42,704 bases of DNA from the sequence record SRR16133337_22365; one strand, written 5' to 3'. How positions within the stretch are numbered: position 1 is the stretch's first letter; every line of letters starts with the position of its first letter. This document shows positions 27,059 through 34,286 of the stretch, one piece after another. Both the position numbers and the translations under genes were made by a program. The notes under the pieces are model-generated. The model was not told the origin of the DNA and ran no database searches. It saw only the letters and a program-made list of their open reading frames with translations.

Positions 27059-27709
27059 CTACTCACCCTCTACCAGTTTGAATTTGCCTGAGTCGAATAG
27101 CTCACCAAAAAATCCAATTAACGTTGCTGACTTTGCAGTCTTGTTCATTTCTGACATTAGTTCAATAAACTCATCCCTTTCACTTACTTCAACTTCTACG
27201 CGCTCGTGTAAATCATAAAGGAATCGCAAAACATCCGGTGCGTTATCAATTAAAACGAAGTCTTTATGCGAGCGTTTTGTGTATAACTTAGACCCATCCT
27301 CAAAAGCTTTTGCTGCTTCCCATGCGCTATTAAACTTAGCCTTCACATACTCTACACGCATACGCTTTGGTTTCTCTTCCAATGCTGCGGCGCGTAGGAT
27401 GAAGCATTCATCCCAATTTGAATCAATTGCACCACTTGCACCACTTGCTTTGTGGGCGTTAAGGAATTTAGCGATTTCATAGTTGATCTCCATAACGCCT
27501 GACAAATCCATAACAACCATTCCAGACTTAAACTCTTCACACTGGTTATATGTAATGCAATGGTCGGCAGGGTTGCATAACTTCCAGCCGTTGGCAAAGT
27601 GACTAGTAGGCAATTCATTTACCGCGTGAAATTTACCTACGTTGCTAACCAAAATGTAACTCTCTGGATTAGCTGTCTTTGCCGCTGCGTATGTGTTGTA
27701 TGTTGTCAT
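27059..27709 (-). CDS. Hypothetical protein
   Basis: 216-aa ORF with AAGGA RBS. Confidence 0.7.
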   Translation of the reverse strand: MTTYNTYAAAKTANPESYILVSNVGKFHAVNELPTSHFANGWKLCNPADHCITYNQCEEFKSGMVVMDLSGVMEINYEIAKFLNAHKASGASGAIDSNWDECFILRAAALEEKPKRMRVEYVKAKFNSAWEAAKAFEDGSKLYTKRSHKDFVLIDNAPDVLRFLYDLHERVEVEVSERDEFIELMSEMNKTAKSATLIGFFGELFDSGKFKLVEGE

Positions 27710-27731
27710 CTTATTGTTCCTTACTTATTAA

Positions 27732-28502
27732 TTAGTTTTTAAAGTCAATCTTATAAAAGTCAAAGGACTTATCAGACCTAAAGTCGTAACAGAAATCAAA
27801 CGGCTCACAATCAAACTCGCCAAGATCCTCGATACATTCAATTGCAAGAGCCCTGAAGTACTCAAGGTATTCACCGATCGTGTCGAAGCTTTCAAAGTCT
27901 TTACTAGGAGTGAACGAGTGCACCCCGCAATCAGAGACCACAACAAAAGCAGCGCATCCAGCGTCATTATTAACAATGCTCATAGCTTGCTCTGCCGATG
28001 AGATGAGCGATGCACACTTATTAGCTGCATCCTTATTGAAGATATTTACATCAACAAGATAATTAGAAACTGACAGCTTGATAGAGTCGCTATGGTAATC
28101 ATAAGACCCACTATCAATAACCAATCGAATTAAAACTTCCGGATTCGACATGGCAAGTGAAGACCATGCTATCGACTGAGAAAGGTTTGTTAGTTCATCA
28201 TTACCAGTGGTCGATTTTGATTTGGGTTCTGAGTTATTAATAACAACGCGCTTCGCAAGTTCTACTGCAAAATCAACTGACTGACAATACCACTCGCCGA
28301 TCATTCTATCTCCCATAGATGATTTTATTATCGACTCGCAACTGAAATGGTTTCCTATCAACTCAGAACTCCAGCAACACTTAACTTCAAAGCCTGACGA
28401 TGAACTTATCTCTCTCATTCTTCTGCTAACGTCAGAAGTTGCTCCAACCTTAATTAAGTTCGTATCCTTGCAGTGAGCTATATAAACATATCCATCACTC
28501 AT
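27732..28502 (-). CDS. T5orf172/GIY-YIG-like protein with acidic C-terminal extension
   Basis: GYVYIA...IKVGATSDVSRRMREI...GEWY motif. Confidence 0.75.
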   Translation of the reverse strand: MSDGYVYIAHCKDTNLIKVGATSDVSRRMREISSSSGFEVKCCWSSELIGNHFSCESIIKSSMGDRMIGEWYCQSVDFAVELAKRVVINNSEPKSKSTTGNDELTNLSQSIAWSSLAMSNPEVLIRLVIDSGSYDYHSDSIKLSVSNYLVDVNIFNKDAANKCASLISSAEQAMSIVNNDAGCAAFVVVSDCGVHSFTPSKDFESFDTIGEYLEYFRALAIECIEDLGEFDCEPFDFCYDFRSDKSFDFYKIDFKN

Positions 28503-28627
28503 TTCTTTGATTCCTTTTTTATTCTTCGCTGCCTAGCCTTTTGGCACTTGGCCGCGCCGCATGTCTTTGCATCTTTGCGCTTTATCACTTCAACCCCGCA
28601 CTCAGGGCACTTAAGAGTTATATACAT
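28499..28627 (-). CDS. Small zinc-finger regulator (42 aa)
   Basis: MYITLKCPECGVEVIKRKDAKTCGAAKCQKARQRR...; AGGAGG RBS; ATGA coupling to the next gene. Confidence 0.7.
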   Translation of the reverse strand: MYITLKCPECGVEVIKRKDAKTCGAAKCQKARQRRIKKESKK

Positions 28628-28645
28628 AACCACCTCCTGAGATTG

Positions 28646-28675
28646 ATAATAGTCCACCTTATCACGGACTGTCAA
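28646..28675 (-). promoter_or_regulatory. Sigma70 promoter with inverted-repeat operator
   Basis: TTGACA-18-TATTAT; AGTCC(28651-28655)/GGACT(28666-28670). Confidence 0.7.
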
Positions 28676-28697
28676 CATTAATCTGGACATTTTAAGC

Positions 28698-28767
28698 AAA
28701 AAAAAAACCACCCGAGAAAGGTGGTTAAAAAGTAGAGTGATGATATAAGGTCGAGTGATGACGTTAT
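28698..28767 (-). ncRNA. Candidate ~70-nt trans-acting sRNA with two UCAUCACUC seeds and an intrinsic terminator
   Basis: TATACT -10 at 28779-28774; seeds at 28761-28753 and 28743-28735; AACCACC-TTTCTCG-GGTGGTT hairpin running into a T tract. Confidence 0.55.
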
Positions 28768-28889
28768 GAGTTGAGTATAGCGCTTAATGAGGTAGAAAGA
28801 AACTCTCCTGTACTACACAGACAAATACGCCATCTTCATCACACATCAGTATTCCTTGTTCGGTGTCGATGAAGAAGTATCCTGGGAAC

Positions 28890-29051
28890 TCAATCATCAC
28901 TATAGCGTTCATCTTCGAAGTTGCACTCACCAAACATTGCAGACTGAGCTTTACCAGCTAGCTCCTCTGCCTTTCGTTTAATGATTTGGTATCGAGAATC
29001 AAAGTAACCTCTAACCTCTGAGCTATCTTGTTCCACTTCTGATTTTTTCAT
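28890..29051 (-). CDS. Hypothetical protein (53 aa)
   Basis: MKKSEVEQDSSEVRGYFDSRYQIIKRKAEEL...; AAGGTG RBS. Confidence 0.5.
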   Translation of the reverse strand: MKKSEVEQDSSEVRGYFDSRYQIIKRKAEELAGKAQSAMFGECNFEDERYSDD

Positions 29052-29055
29052 GTCA

Positions 29056-29361
29056 TCACCTTGTTAGTATTAAACCCATAACAGCAGCAACTAGTGACAA
29101 CACAACAGCTCTTTTAATCCAGATAATAACCTGGTCGTCAGATTGTCTAATTGCTTCTTTCTTATCTAGTTCAGCGGTCTTTTGCTCAACCTTCTCAACT
29201 CTTGATTCTAACTTCTCGTGAGACTTAACCATATGTCTAATCTCACCAGTCAGCTCAACTGTCGCCTTTGTCGATTGCTTTATCTCTGAAGCGAGAGTTA
29301 CAACCGTCTCCCGCATCAAATCGACATCTTTCTCTAGGCTGGAAATTTTCTCTGCGCTCAT
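29056..29361 (-). CDS. Coiled-coil protein with C-terminal membrane anchor (XhlA/holin-like)
   Basis: Heptad-rich soluble region followed by AVVLSLVAAVMGLIL. Confidence 0.6.
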   Translation of the reverse strand: MSAEKISSLEKDVDLMRETVVTLASEIKQSTKATVELTGEIRHMVKSHEKLESRVEKVEQKTAELDKKEAIRQSDDQVIIWIKRAVVLSLVAAVMGLILTR

Positions 29362-29494
29362 TGTGAATACCTAAGTTATAAATTACCAAGCCCCACGCTA
29401 CAGCAAGAACAACAGCCATAACTGCAAATATGATCATTAATTCCATTGTTAGCCCTGACTTTTTTATTCATTATACTCTTCAGTAGGTTAATTC

Positions 29495-29683
29495 TCAATC
29501 AAGCAACTCTCTTCTTCTTGACTGTGAGCGCGTTCTAGGTGTTCTACATCGCATCATTACCACATGATTAGGCGTGTGATATGGAGAGCAAGACATCACA
29601 GTGTATAAGCGCCATATGGTCGATTGAGCAACAGCGCCAACAACAAGAGTGACGCACAATGCCATGATAATCCTTCTCTTCAT
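29495..29683 (-). CDS. Hypothetical membrane/exported protein
   Basis: MKRRIIMALCVTLVVGAVA N-terminal hydrophobic segment. Confidence 0.5.
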   Translation of the reverse strand: MKRRIIMALCVTLVVGAVAQSTIWRLYTVMSCSPYHTPNHVVMMRCRTPRTRSQSRRRELLD

Positions 29684-29771
29684 ATCGTCCATCCAGTAAG
29701 TGAGCAAGCAATAGCAAATGCAAACATTGAGAAATAGGCCGCTCCTATTGCAACGGCCATGTATAGAAAGG

Positions 29772-29999
29772 TTAGCTTGATGTGGTGCATGGCGAGTCTG
29801 GAATCTTCATCCAGTGAGTAACACAGTCGGCGTATAGCTTTATTTTATTTTTGCACTTGTCATCCCAATACCAAAACTTGTTGTTTTTTGGGTTGTAAAA
29901 GCAATTGCAAATTCGACCCGTCAAGTCTTGATAGTCAACCCAGATATCAACACACTCATCGACCGGAACTTTCTCTTTATTAATATCAATCCACATCAC
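29772..29999 (-). CDS. DUF551-like protein (second copy)
   Basis: WIDINKEKVP...VTHWMKIPDSP signature. Confidence 0.8.
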   Translation of the reverse strand: MMWIDINKEKVPVDECVDIWVDYQDLTGRICNCFYNPKNNKFWYWDDKCKNKIKLYADCVTHWMKIPDSPCTTSS

Positions 30000-30009
30000 T
30001 CTTACTCCG

Positions 30010-30378
30010 TTATTTGTTTAGCGCTTCAGTTGCAATATTTCGGTAATAATCTCTCTGCCCATTAGATCCAATGTCTAATCTTTTTTCGAAACTCAACTCA
30101 TCCCATGCTTTGATTCGAGTTAAAGCCTCACGCAACTCTGCATTCTCTTCAGCTAGTCTGGATTTCTCCTCAACCACTAAAGCCATCATGTCAGTTTTAG
30201 CTTTTAGCTCCTCACTCATGGCTTTAACTGAACTCTTATTTGAAATTGTAATCTCAAACTCTTCACCAGTTTCTAAGTGATCAAAGACTCCACCACAAAA
30301 ATTAATTCCACCAGCTGTCATGGCGTCAGCTATTGATTGTAAATCTGAATCAACGTTAAACTTCTCAATATCACTCAT
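30010..30378 (-). CDS. Hypothetical coiled-coil protein
   Basis: LAEENAELREAL heptads; operon position. Confidence 0.65.
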   Translation of the reverse strand: MSDIEKFNVDSDLQSIADAMTAGGINFCGGVFDHLETGEEFEITISNKSSVKAMSEELKAKTDMMALVVEEKSRLAEENAELREALTRIKAWDELSFEKRLDIGSNGQRDYYRNIATEALNK

Positions 30379-30456
30379 CTTCCAAACTCCATTATCCAGT
30401 TAAAATTCCATGCTAGCGCTATTATCGAAGGGATTAGCATGGTTATTAGTTCTTGT

Positions 30457-30663
30457 TTACGTGTCACTTACAATAATCATCATGTGTTTGAAGAACTTCT
30501 CTTCATCGTGTACATAGTCGTCGTGACCGTTATCGAATCTATCAGCCCAGAAAGCCTCTTCGTCCTTTAGCCATTTAACCTTGTACGTGCGGAAGAATTT
30601 ATCTTGACCGTGTGTTACTAGGAATGTTTCGCCTGTCTTTGGTGGTTCAGTTACCGTTTTCAT
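30457..30663 (-). CDS. Hypothetical protein
   Basis: MKTVTEPPKTGETFLV...; ATGA coupling. Confidence 0.6.
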   Translation of the reverse strand: MKTVTEPPKTGETFLVTHGQDKFFRTYKVKWLKDEEAFWADRFDNGHDDYVHDEEKFFKHMMIIVSDT

Positions 30664-30824
30664 ACAAACGCCCATAGGTAGAGGATACCGCCAAGAAAGC
30701 CACCACATGCAATCACAGCGGCAATGTATTTAAGTTGACCCCATAGCGTTAAGAACTGCATCGCTACGTGGTCGCTGTGCTCATTGATTAATTCCGATTG
30801 AGCTAGAGTGTTATGCTTGTTCAT
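30660..30824 (-). CDS. Small membrane protein (54 aa)
   Basis: MNKHNTLAQSELIN...YIAAVIACGGFLGGILYLWAFV; ATGA coupling at both ends. Confidence 0.6.
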   Translation of the reverse strand: MNKHNTLAQSELINEHSDHVAMQFLTLWGQLKYIAAVIACGGFLGGILYLWAFV

Positions 30825-30979
30825 TTCTTACCCTTACTTGCTAGTGATTCAATTCTATCCAGCGCATTAAATGTTAGTTGCCTAACCGCCATATTAAAGT
30901 TACCTTCACAGTGCTCGTTCGCGTAATCTTGAATCTTATCTACCAGTTTCTTATCTTTAAAATCAATTAGCTTTTTCAT
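30821..30979 (-). CDS. Ribbon-helix-helix regulator (52 aa)
   Basis: MKKLIDFKDKKLVDKIQDYANEHCEGNFNMAVRQL; GGAG RBS; first gene after the promoter. Confidence 0.7.
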   Translation of the reverse strand: MKKLIDFKDKKLVDKIQDYANEHCEGNFNMAVRQLTFNALDRIESLASKGKK

Positions 30980-31007
30980 ATTAACTCCGTATCGTTTCCA
31001 TATACAC

Positions 31008-31036
31008 AATGTATACCTATCAACATATAGAGTCAA
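31008..31036 (-). promoter_or_regulatory. Sigma70 promoter
   Basis: TTGACT-17-TACATT on minus strand. Confidence 0.75.
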
Positions 31037-31058
31037 TATATTATTTTCATCCAGACAT

Positions 31059-31097
31059 AAAAAAAGACCTCAGGGAAATTCCGGCTTGAGGTCTCTT
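31059..31097 (-). terminator. Intrinsic terminator after the lysis operon
   Basis: AGACCTCA...TGAGGTCT followed by a T run. Confidence 0.75.
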
Positions 31098-31351
31098 TGA
31101 TTATCCACACTAGTTCAATAGGCTAACACGTTTTAAGTCTTAGCAAGGGAATGCACGGCTCACGCAGTTCACTGTAAGGTTATCTAGCGACAAGCTCATA
31201 GATTATTGACCACCCCCTTTAAAGTAGAGCTCCCTAAATAGAAGTCTACTAGCATAACCAGAGTTTGTATCGTATCGCTTCTGGTTTCTCATGGTTCGCT
31301 TGGTGCGTGGTTGCTTACTACCTGGACGCTTTGATTTACCTTTTGGTTTTG

Positions 31352-31528
31352 TCATAGTCGCTCCAGGTCAGCTTTAAACTCAGCTAGTCGAACCGCAGAA
31401 TCAGCATCTAGGCAGATACCACCATCACTCAGTTGAATCACGTTCAGATTCTCCGGCCACGTCATCGAATGATTTGTCTGACTTGCGCACCCGGTCAGAG
31501 ATAGCGTTAGCAGCATCGTTACTAGCAT
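31352..31528 (-). CDS. Outer-membrane spanin-like lipoprotein (Rz1-like)
   Basis: MLVTMLLTLSLTG|C lipobox; overlaps the preceding ORF in another frame; follows endolysin and holin. Confidence 0.7.
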   Translation of the reverse strand: MLVTMLLTLSLTGCASQTNHSMTWPENLNVIQLSDGGICLDADSAVRLAEFKADLERL

Positions 31529-31601
31529 CGCGCTTTTTCTTTCTGTTGTATGCATCCATCACCCCGTTTAGGATTCTATCTACAGTGGCTAACCAGCTCA
31601 C
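31425..31601 (-). CDS. Protein in the Rz position (58 aa, GTG start)
   Basis: MSWLATVDRILNGVMDAYNRKKKRDASNDAANAISDRVRKSDKSFDDVAGESERDSTE; GTGA overlap with holin stop. Confidence 0.55.
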   Translation of the reverse strand: MSWLATVDRILNGVMDAYNRKKKRDASNDAANAISDRVRKSDKSFDDVAGESERDSTE

Positions 31602-31795
31602 ATTGGATTACCTTTATTATCGGCCTTCTTGTTAGACGCTAATGCTAGTGCGCTAATAATCATCATAACCGTATCGGGAATCTTTTCAGTTAGCTTAACA
31701 GGCGCTACAGTGACGAATACGCGGCATAGTAAGCAGATAGCCATAACGTATTGGCCGTAAGGTGTGTTTAGTAGTACTTCAATAAATTCATTCAT
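31598..31795 (-). CDS. Holin-like small membrane protein
   Basis: Two hydrophobic segments and a basic C-terminus; TAATG-coupled to the endolysin. Confidence 0.6.
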   Translation of the reverse strand: MNEFIEVLLNTPYGQYVMAICLLCRVFVTVAPVKLTEKIPDTVMMIISALALASNKKADNKGNPM

Positions 31796-32253
31796 TAGAT
31801 TAGACCCTCGTATACTTCGTTTAGTTTACCCCATCCAATAACAGCAGCGTGACGCTCTGCTCGTGCTGGAGTCTGCTTTGCCCATCGGCTATCTAAAGCA
31901 TCTCTAGACGCTCGTGAGTAGTCTTCAGCTTCTAGAGCTTCAATCATATTCTTGAACTTTAATAAGCCCTCTACGCCCATTTGGTAAGCCATGGATTTGA
32001 TAATCGTTTGACGGTCTGAGTCTAACGCGATGTACCATGGAAATTTTAGTAGTGACTTGCGAATCTTTTTGACTTCATCATCAAGCAATGCCTTTGCGGC
32101 CTGTTCAGTCACAACAAAAGTGTAGTTAGATAGCGGTACATTCTTAGGGCCTAGCTTTGTGCCAATGCCAATCGTGGGATAACCCTCACTGCAATGGTAA
32201 GCCTTAGCTCGAAAGCCTTCCTCAAACTGAAGCACATCTAATAAGTTCATCAT
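31795..32253 (-). CDS. Endolysin (T4-lysozyme-like muramidase)
   Basis: EEG...AYHCSEGYPTIGIG (Glu-x8-Cys-x5-Thr triad), MAYQMG, DSRWAKQTPARAER. Confidence 0.9.
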   Translation of the reverse strand: MMNLLDVLQFEEGFRAKAYHCSEGYPTIGIGTKLGPKNVPLSNYTFVVTEQAAKALLDDEVKKIRKSLLKFPWYIALDSDRQTIIKSMAYQMGVEGLLKFKNMIEALEAEDYSRASRDALDSRWAKQTPARAERHAAVIGWGKLNEVYEGLI

Positions 32254-32293
32254 TTAACCTCTATAGAAAAGGCGTCACAAAGACGCCTGTTAA

Positions 32294-32731
32294 TTATACC
32301 ATTCCTGAAAGGTTTGGAGCAGTGTAGTTCTTACCCTTGGTAATCTTGCCGTTTTCATTAAACACTGGCTTACCATCTTCGAATTTAGAATAGTTAGAGC
32401 GGTTTACTTCAGCTAGTGCCGCGAGAATATCAAACCCCATACAGTGAGCAATACCAACCCTTGTAACAATCTCATCCACAATGTCATCAAGCATTTGTAC
32501 TTTAGACGAGTCGCACATAGTTTCAATTTCTTGCATATATCCAATCTCAGCACTCTTGTAAGATTCTGCAACGTAATGCAATTCATTGTAAGTACTCATA
32601 TCAGAAAGTGTTGATGCAAGTTCTGATGTTTCTTCATATGCACATCCTATCTGAATGCACGCTGATTGTGTCGTAGGCTCTGGAATTGCCTGCTTAAACC
32701 ATTCAACTGTGTTTTGTAATTCGTTCATCAT
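32294..32731 (-). CDS. MazG-like / PRA-PH-type nucleoside triphosphate pyrophosphohydrolase
   Basis: YEETSEL, LDDIVDEIV, EVNRSNYSKF...GKITKG motifs. Confidence 0.85.
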   Translation of the reverse strand: MMNELQNTVEWFKQAIPEPTTQSACIQIGCAYEETSELASTLSDMSTYNELHYVAESYKSAEIGYMQEIETMCDSSKVQMLDDIVDEIVTRVGIAHCMGFDILAALAEVNRSNYSKFEDGKPVFNENGKITKGKNYTAPNLSGMV

Positions 32732-32763
32732 CTATCCATAGGCAGCGTTACACTGCTTGTTTG

Positions 32764-32973
32764 TTAGTCTTCTAAAATGTCTTGAATTTCAGATTCAATC
32801 TGATTTGCTCTAGACTCGCAGTCAAAGTTATCAATAGTTAAGTCGCAACCGTCCCAGCTTACATCTAATCCGCACAGCTCATCATGGTTATCTAGCAATT
32901 CAGCAACACTTTCCACTATGTCTTGAGGCACGCTTACGTGAATATAATATTCTTCAACTTGATATACACTCAT
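32764..32973 (-). CDS. Small acidic hypothetical protein
   Basis: MSVYQVEEYYIHVSVP...; AAGGA RBS. Confidence 0.6.
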   Translation of the reverse strand: MSVYQVEEYYIHVSVPQDIVESVAELLDNHDELCGLDVSWDGCDLTIDNFDCESRANQIESEIQDILED

Positions 32974-33023
32974 CACTTCTTTCCTTATACGCCCCATATA
33001 GAGGCGTGTTGTTTTGGGTTAAA

Positions 33024-33506
33024 TTAAAATGGGATCCCACAATTTTTACATTCTGGATCATTACCACCACACTCAGGACATGGGGCGCTGTATGGGTTTT
33101 GTGGTGGCGCATACTGTTGCTGTTGTGGCGCTCGCTGCGGAGCTTGTTGAGGCTGTCGCATTGGTTGCTGTGGAGCATTGTATTGCTGCTGTTGTGGAGC
33201 GTCACCAGTAAAGATTCCACCGACACGCGCATCAATCAGTTCAATGCTTAGGTATTCAGGATTGTAGTTATCAATCTTCAAATCGTCAGCCGATAGTTCG
33301 ACGATAGTGCCGACAACTAAAGCCTGCTGATAGAAGCCTAACTGATTACCTTTAGCGAACACTACAGCCTTATAGTTAGCCCACTCTTTTTGCTTAGACT
33401 TGCGGTCGTAGTATTGAGAACCTAGCGACAGTTGAAAACCTGTTGATTCACCCGCTTGAAATGTGCGAGGCTCTTTTGTGATTTTAAACGCTTTAGTAAA
33501 TGCCAT
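33024..33506 (-). CDS. ssb: Single-stranded DNA-binding protein
   Basis: OB-fold-like N-terminus, Q/P-rich linker, C-terminal IPF; follows ERF. Confidence 0.8.
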   Translation of the reverse strand: MAFTKAFKITKEPRTFQAGESTGFQLSLGSQYYDRKSKQKEWANYKAVVFAKGNQLGFYQQALVVGTIVELSADDLKIDNYNPEYLSIELIDARVGGIFTGDAPQQQQYNAPQQPMRQPQQAPQRAPQQQQYAPPQNPYSAPCPECGGNDPECKNCGIPF

Positions 33507-33508
33507 TA

Positions 33509-34069
33509 CTACCAACCTTGTACTGTTTTAATTGATGTATCTAAATCTGTGTTCGTTAATGATTGAACACCCCACGTTTGGCAAACCTGCTCAACCGTGT
33601 AACCCTTACTTACTATCAAGTCTTGAAGTTGTTTAAGCTTAGCTTGATCTACTTGTTTTGATTGTTGCTTAGCTTGACCGCCCTTAACCGCCGCATTTCC
33701 ATCATCATCTTCCGCAGGAATACCAGCGATTGACTGAAGCGAGTAACGTCTAGCGTATGTAATCGCAGAACCCGCCGCTTGAGCATCTAACTTCCCAGTG
33801 GGGAGCAGAAGAGTTGACACTATAAACTCACCGCTCTCGTGCATCAGAATTGTTTCAACACCTACACGATTTTCATCCATAATAGGGAACTGACTATAGC
33901 TCAAACCGTTCTCAGCAAATGGAATTCGAATAGCATCAACAACCGCATTTAAATCTGCGTACTTACTTTTAAAGAAAGGGTTGTCAGCACCCTTCTTTGC
34001 GCCACTCATATCAGCCTGCGCCTTGTTAAGCGCTATGGCTATATTCTTGATTGAATCCGACCTTTCCAT
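33509..34069 (-). CDS. erf: ERF-family single-strand annealing recombinase
   Basis: NPFFKSKYADL, LMHESGEF, GSAITYARRYSL, EDDDGN signature. Confidence 0.92.
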   Translation of the reverse strand: MERSDSIKNIAIALNKAQADMSGAKKGADNPFFKSKYADLNAVVDAIRIPFAENGLSYSQFPIMDENRVGVETILMHESGEFIVSTLLLPTGKLDAQAAGSAITYARRYSLQSIAGIPAEDDDGNAAVKGGQAKQQSKQVDQAKLKQLQDLIVSKGYTVEQVCQTWGVQSLTNTDLDTSIKTVQGW

Positions 34070-34070
34070 C

Positions 34071-34259
34071 CTACTCACCATTTAATACTTGAAGCGCCTC
34101 ATAAATCGCAACTTCATCACTAACATCACTCGCAACCTCAACAACAATAAACTTCTTGTCGATAATCTTGTCGCGCCCTTGCTTCATCTTGTTGAGAATA
34201 AAACTACCACTCAAAACAGAAGCGTCCTTTCTTAATTCTGCCGTTGTTACTGTCTTCAT
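34071..34259 (-). CDS. Small protein with Phd/YefM-like N-terminus
   Basis: MKTVTTAELRKDAS resembles the Phd/YefM DNA-binding start; GGAGG RBS; first gene after the promoter. Confidence 0.5.
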   Translation of the reverse strand: MKTVTTAELRKDASVLSGSFILNKMKQGRDKIIDKKFIVVEVASDVSDEVAIYEALQVLNGE

Positions 34260-34286
34260 GCGTCCTCCGCCCTGCTGATGTAGTGA

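Noticed and set aside
28734-28770. Plus-strand minigenes ATG ATA TAA (lambda bar-like) and ATG ACG TTA TGA
   Set aside because: The -10 box and terminator polarity both point to minus-strand transcription and no plus-strand promoter is evident; kept only as an alternative to the sRNA model.
31101-31109. Perfect DnaA box TTATCCACA
   Set aside because: Only one copy noticed, compatible with chance in 42 kb; the iteron origin lies elsewhere.
31598-31610. Holin-Rz fusion by frameshift
   Set aside because: The -1 frame has stop codons just upstream of the GTG and no slippery heptamer.
33100-33200. CAG/CAA-rich repeats
   Set aside because: They encode the ordinary Gln/Pro-rich SSB linker.
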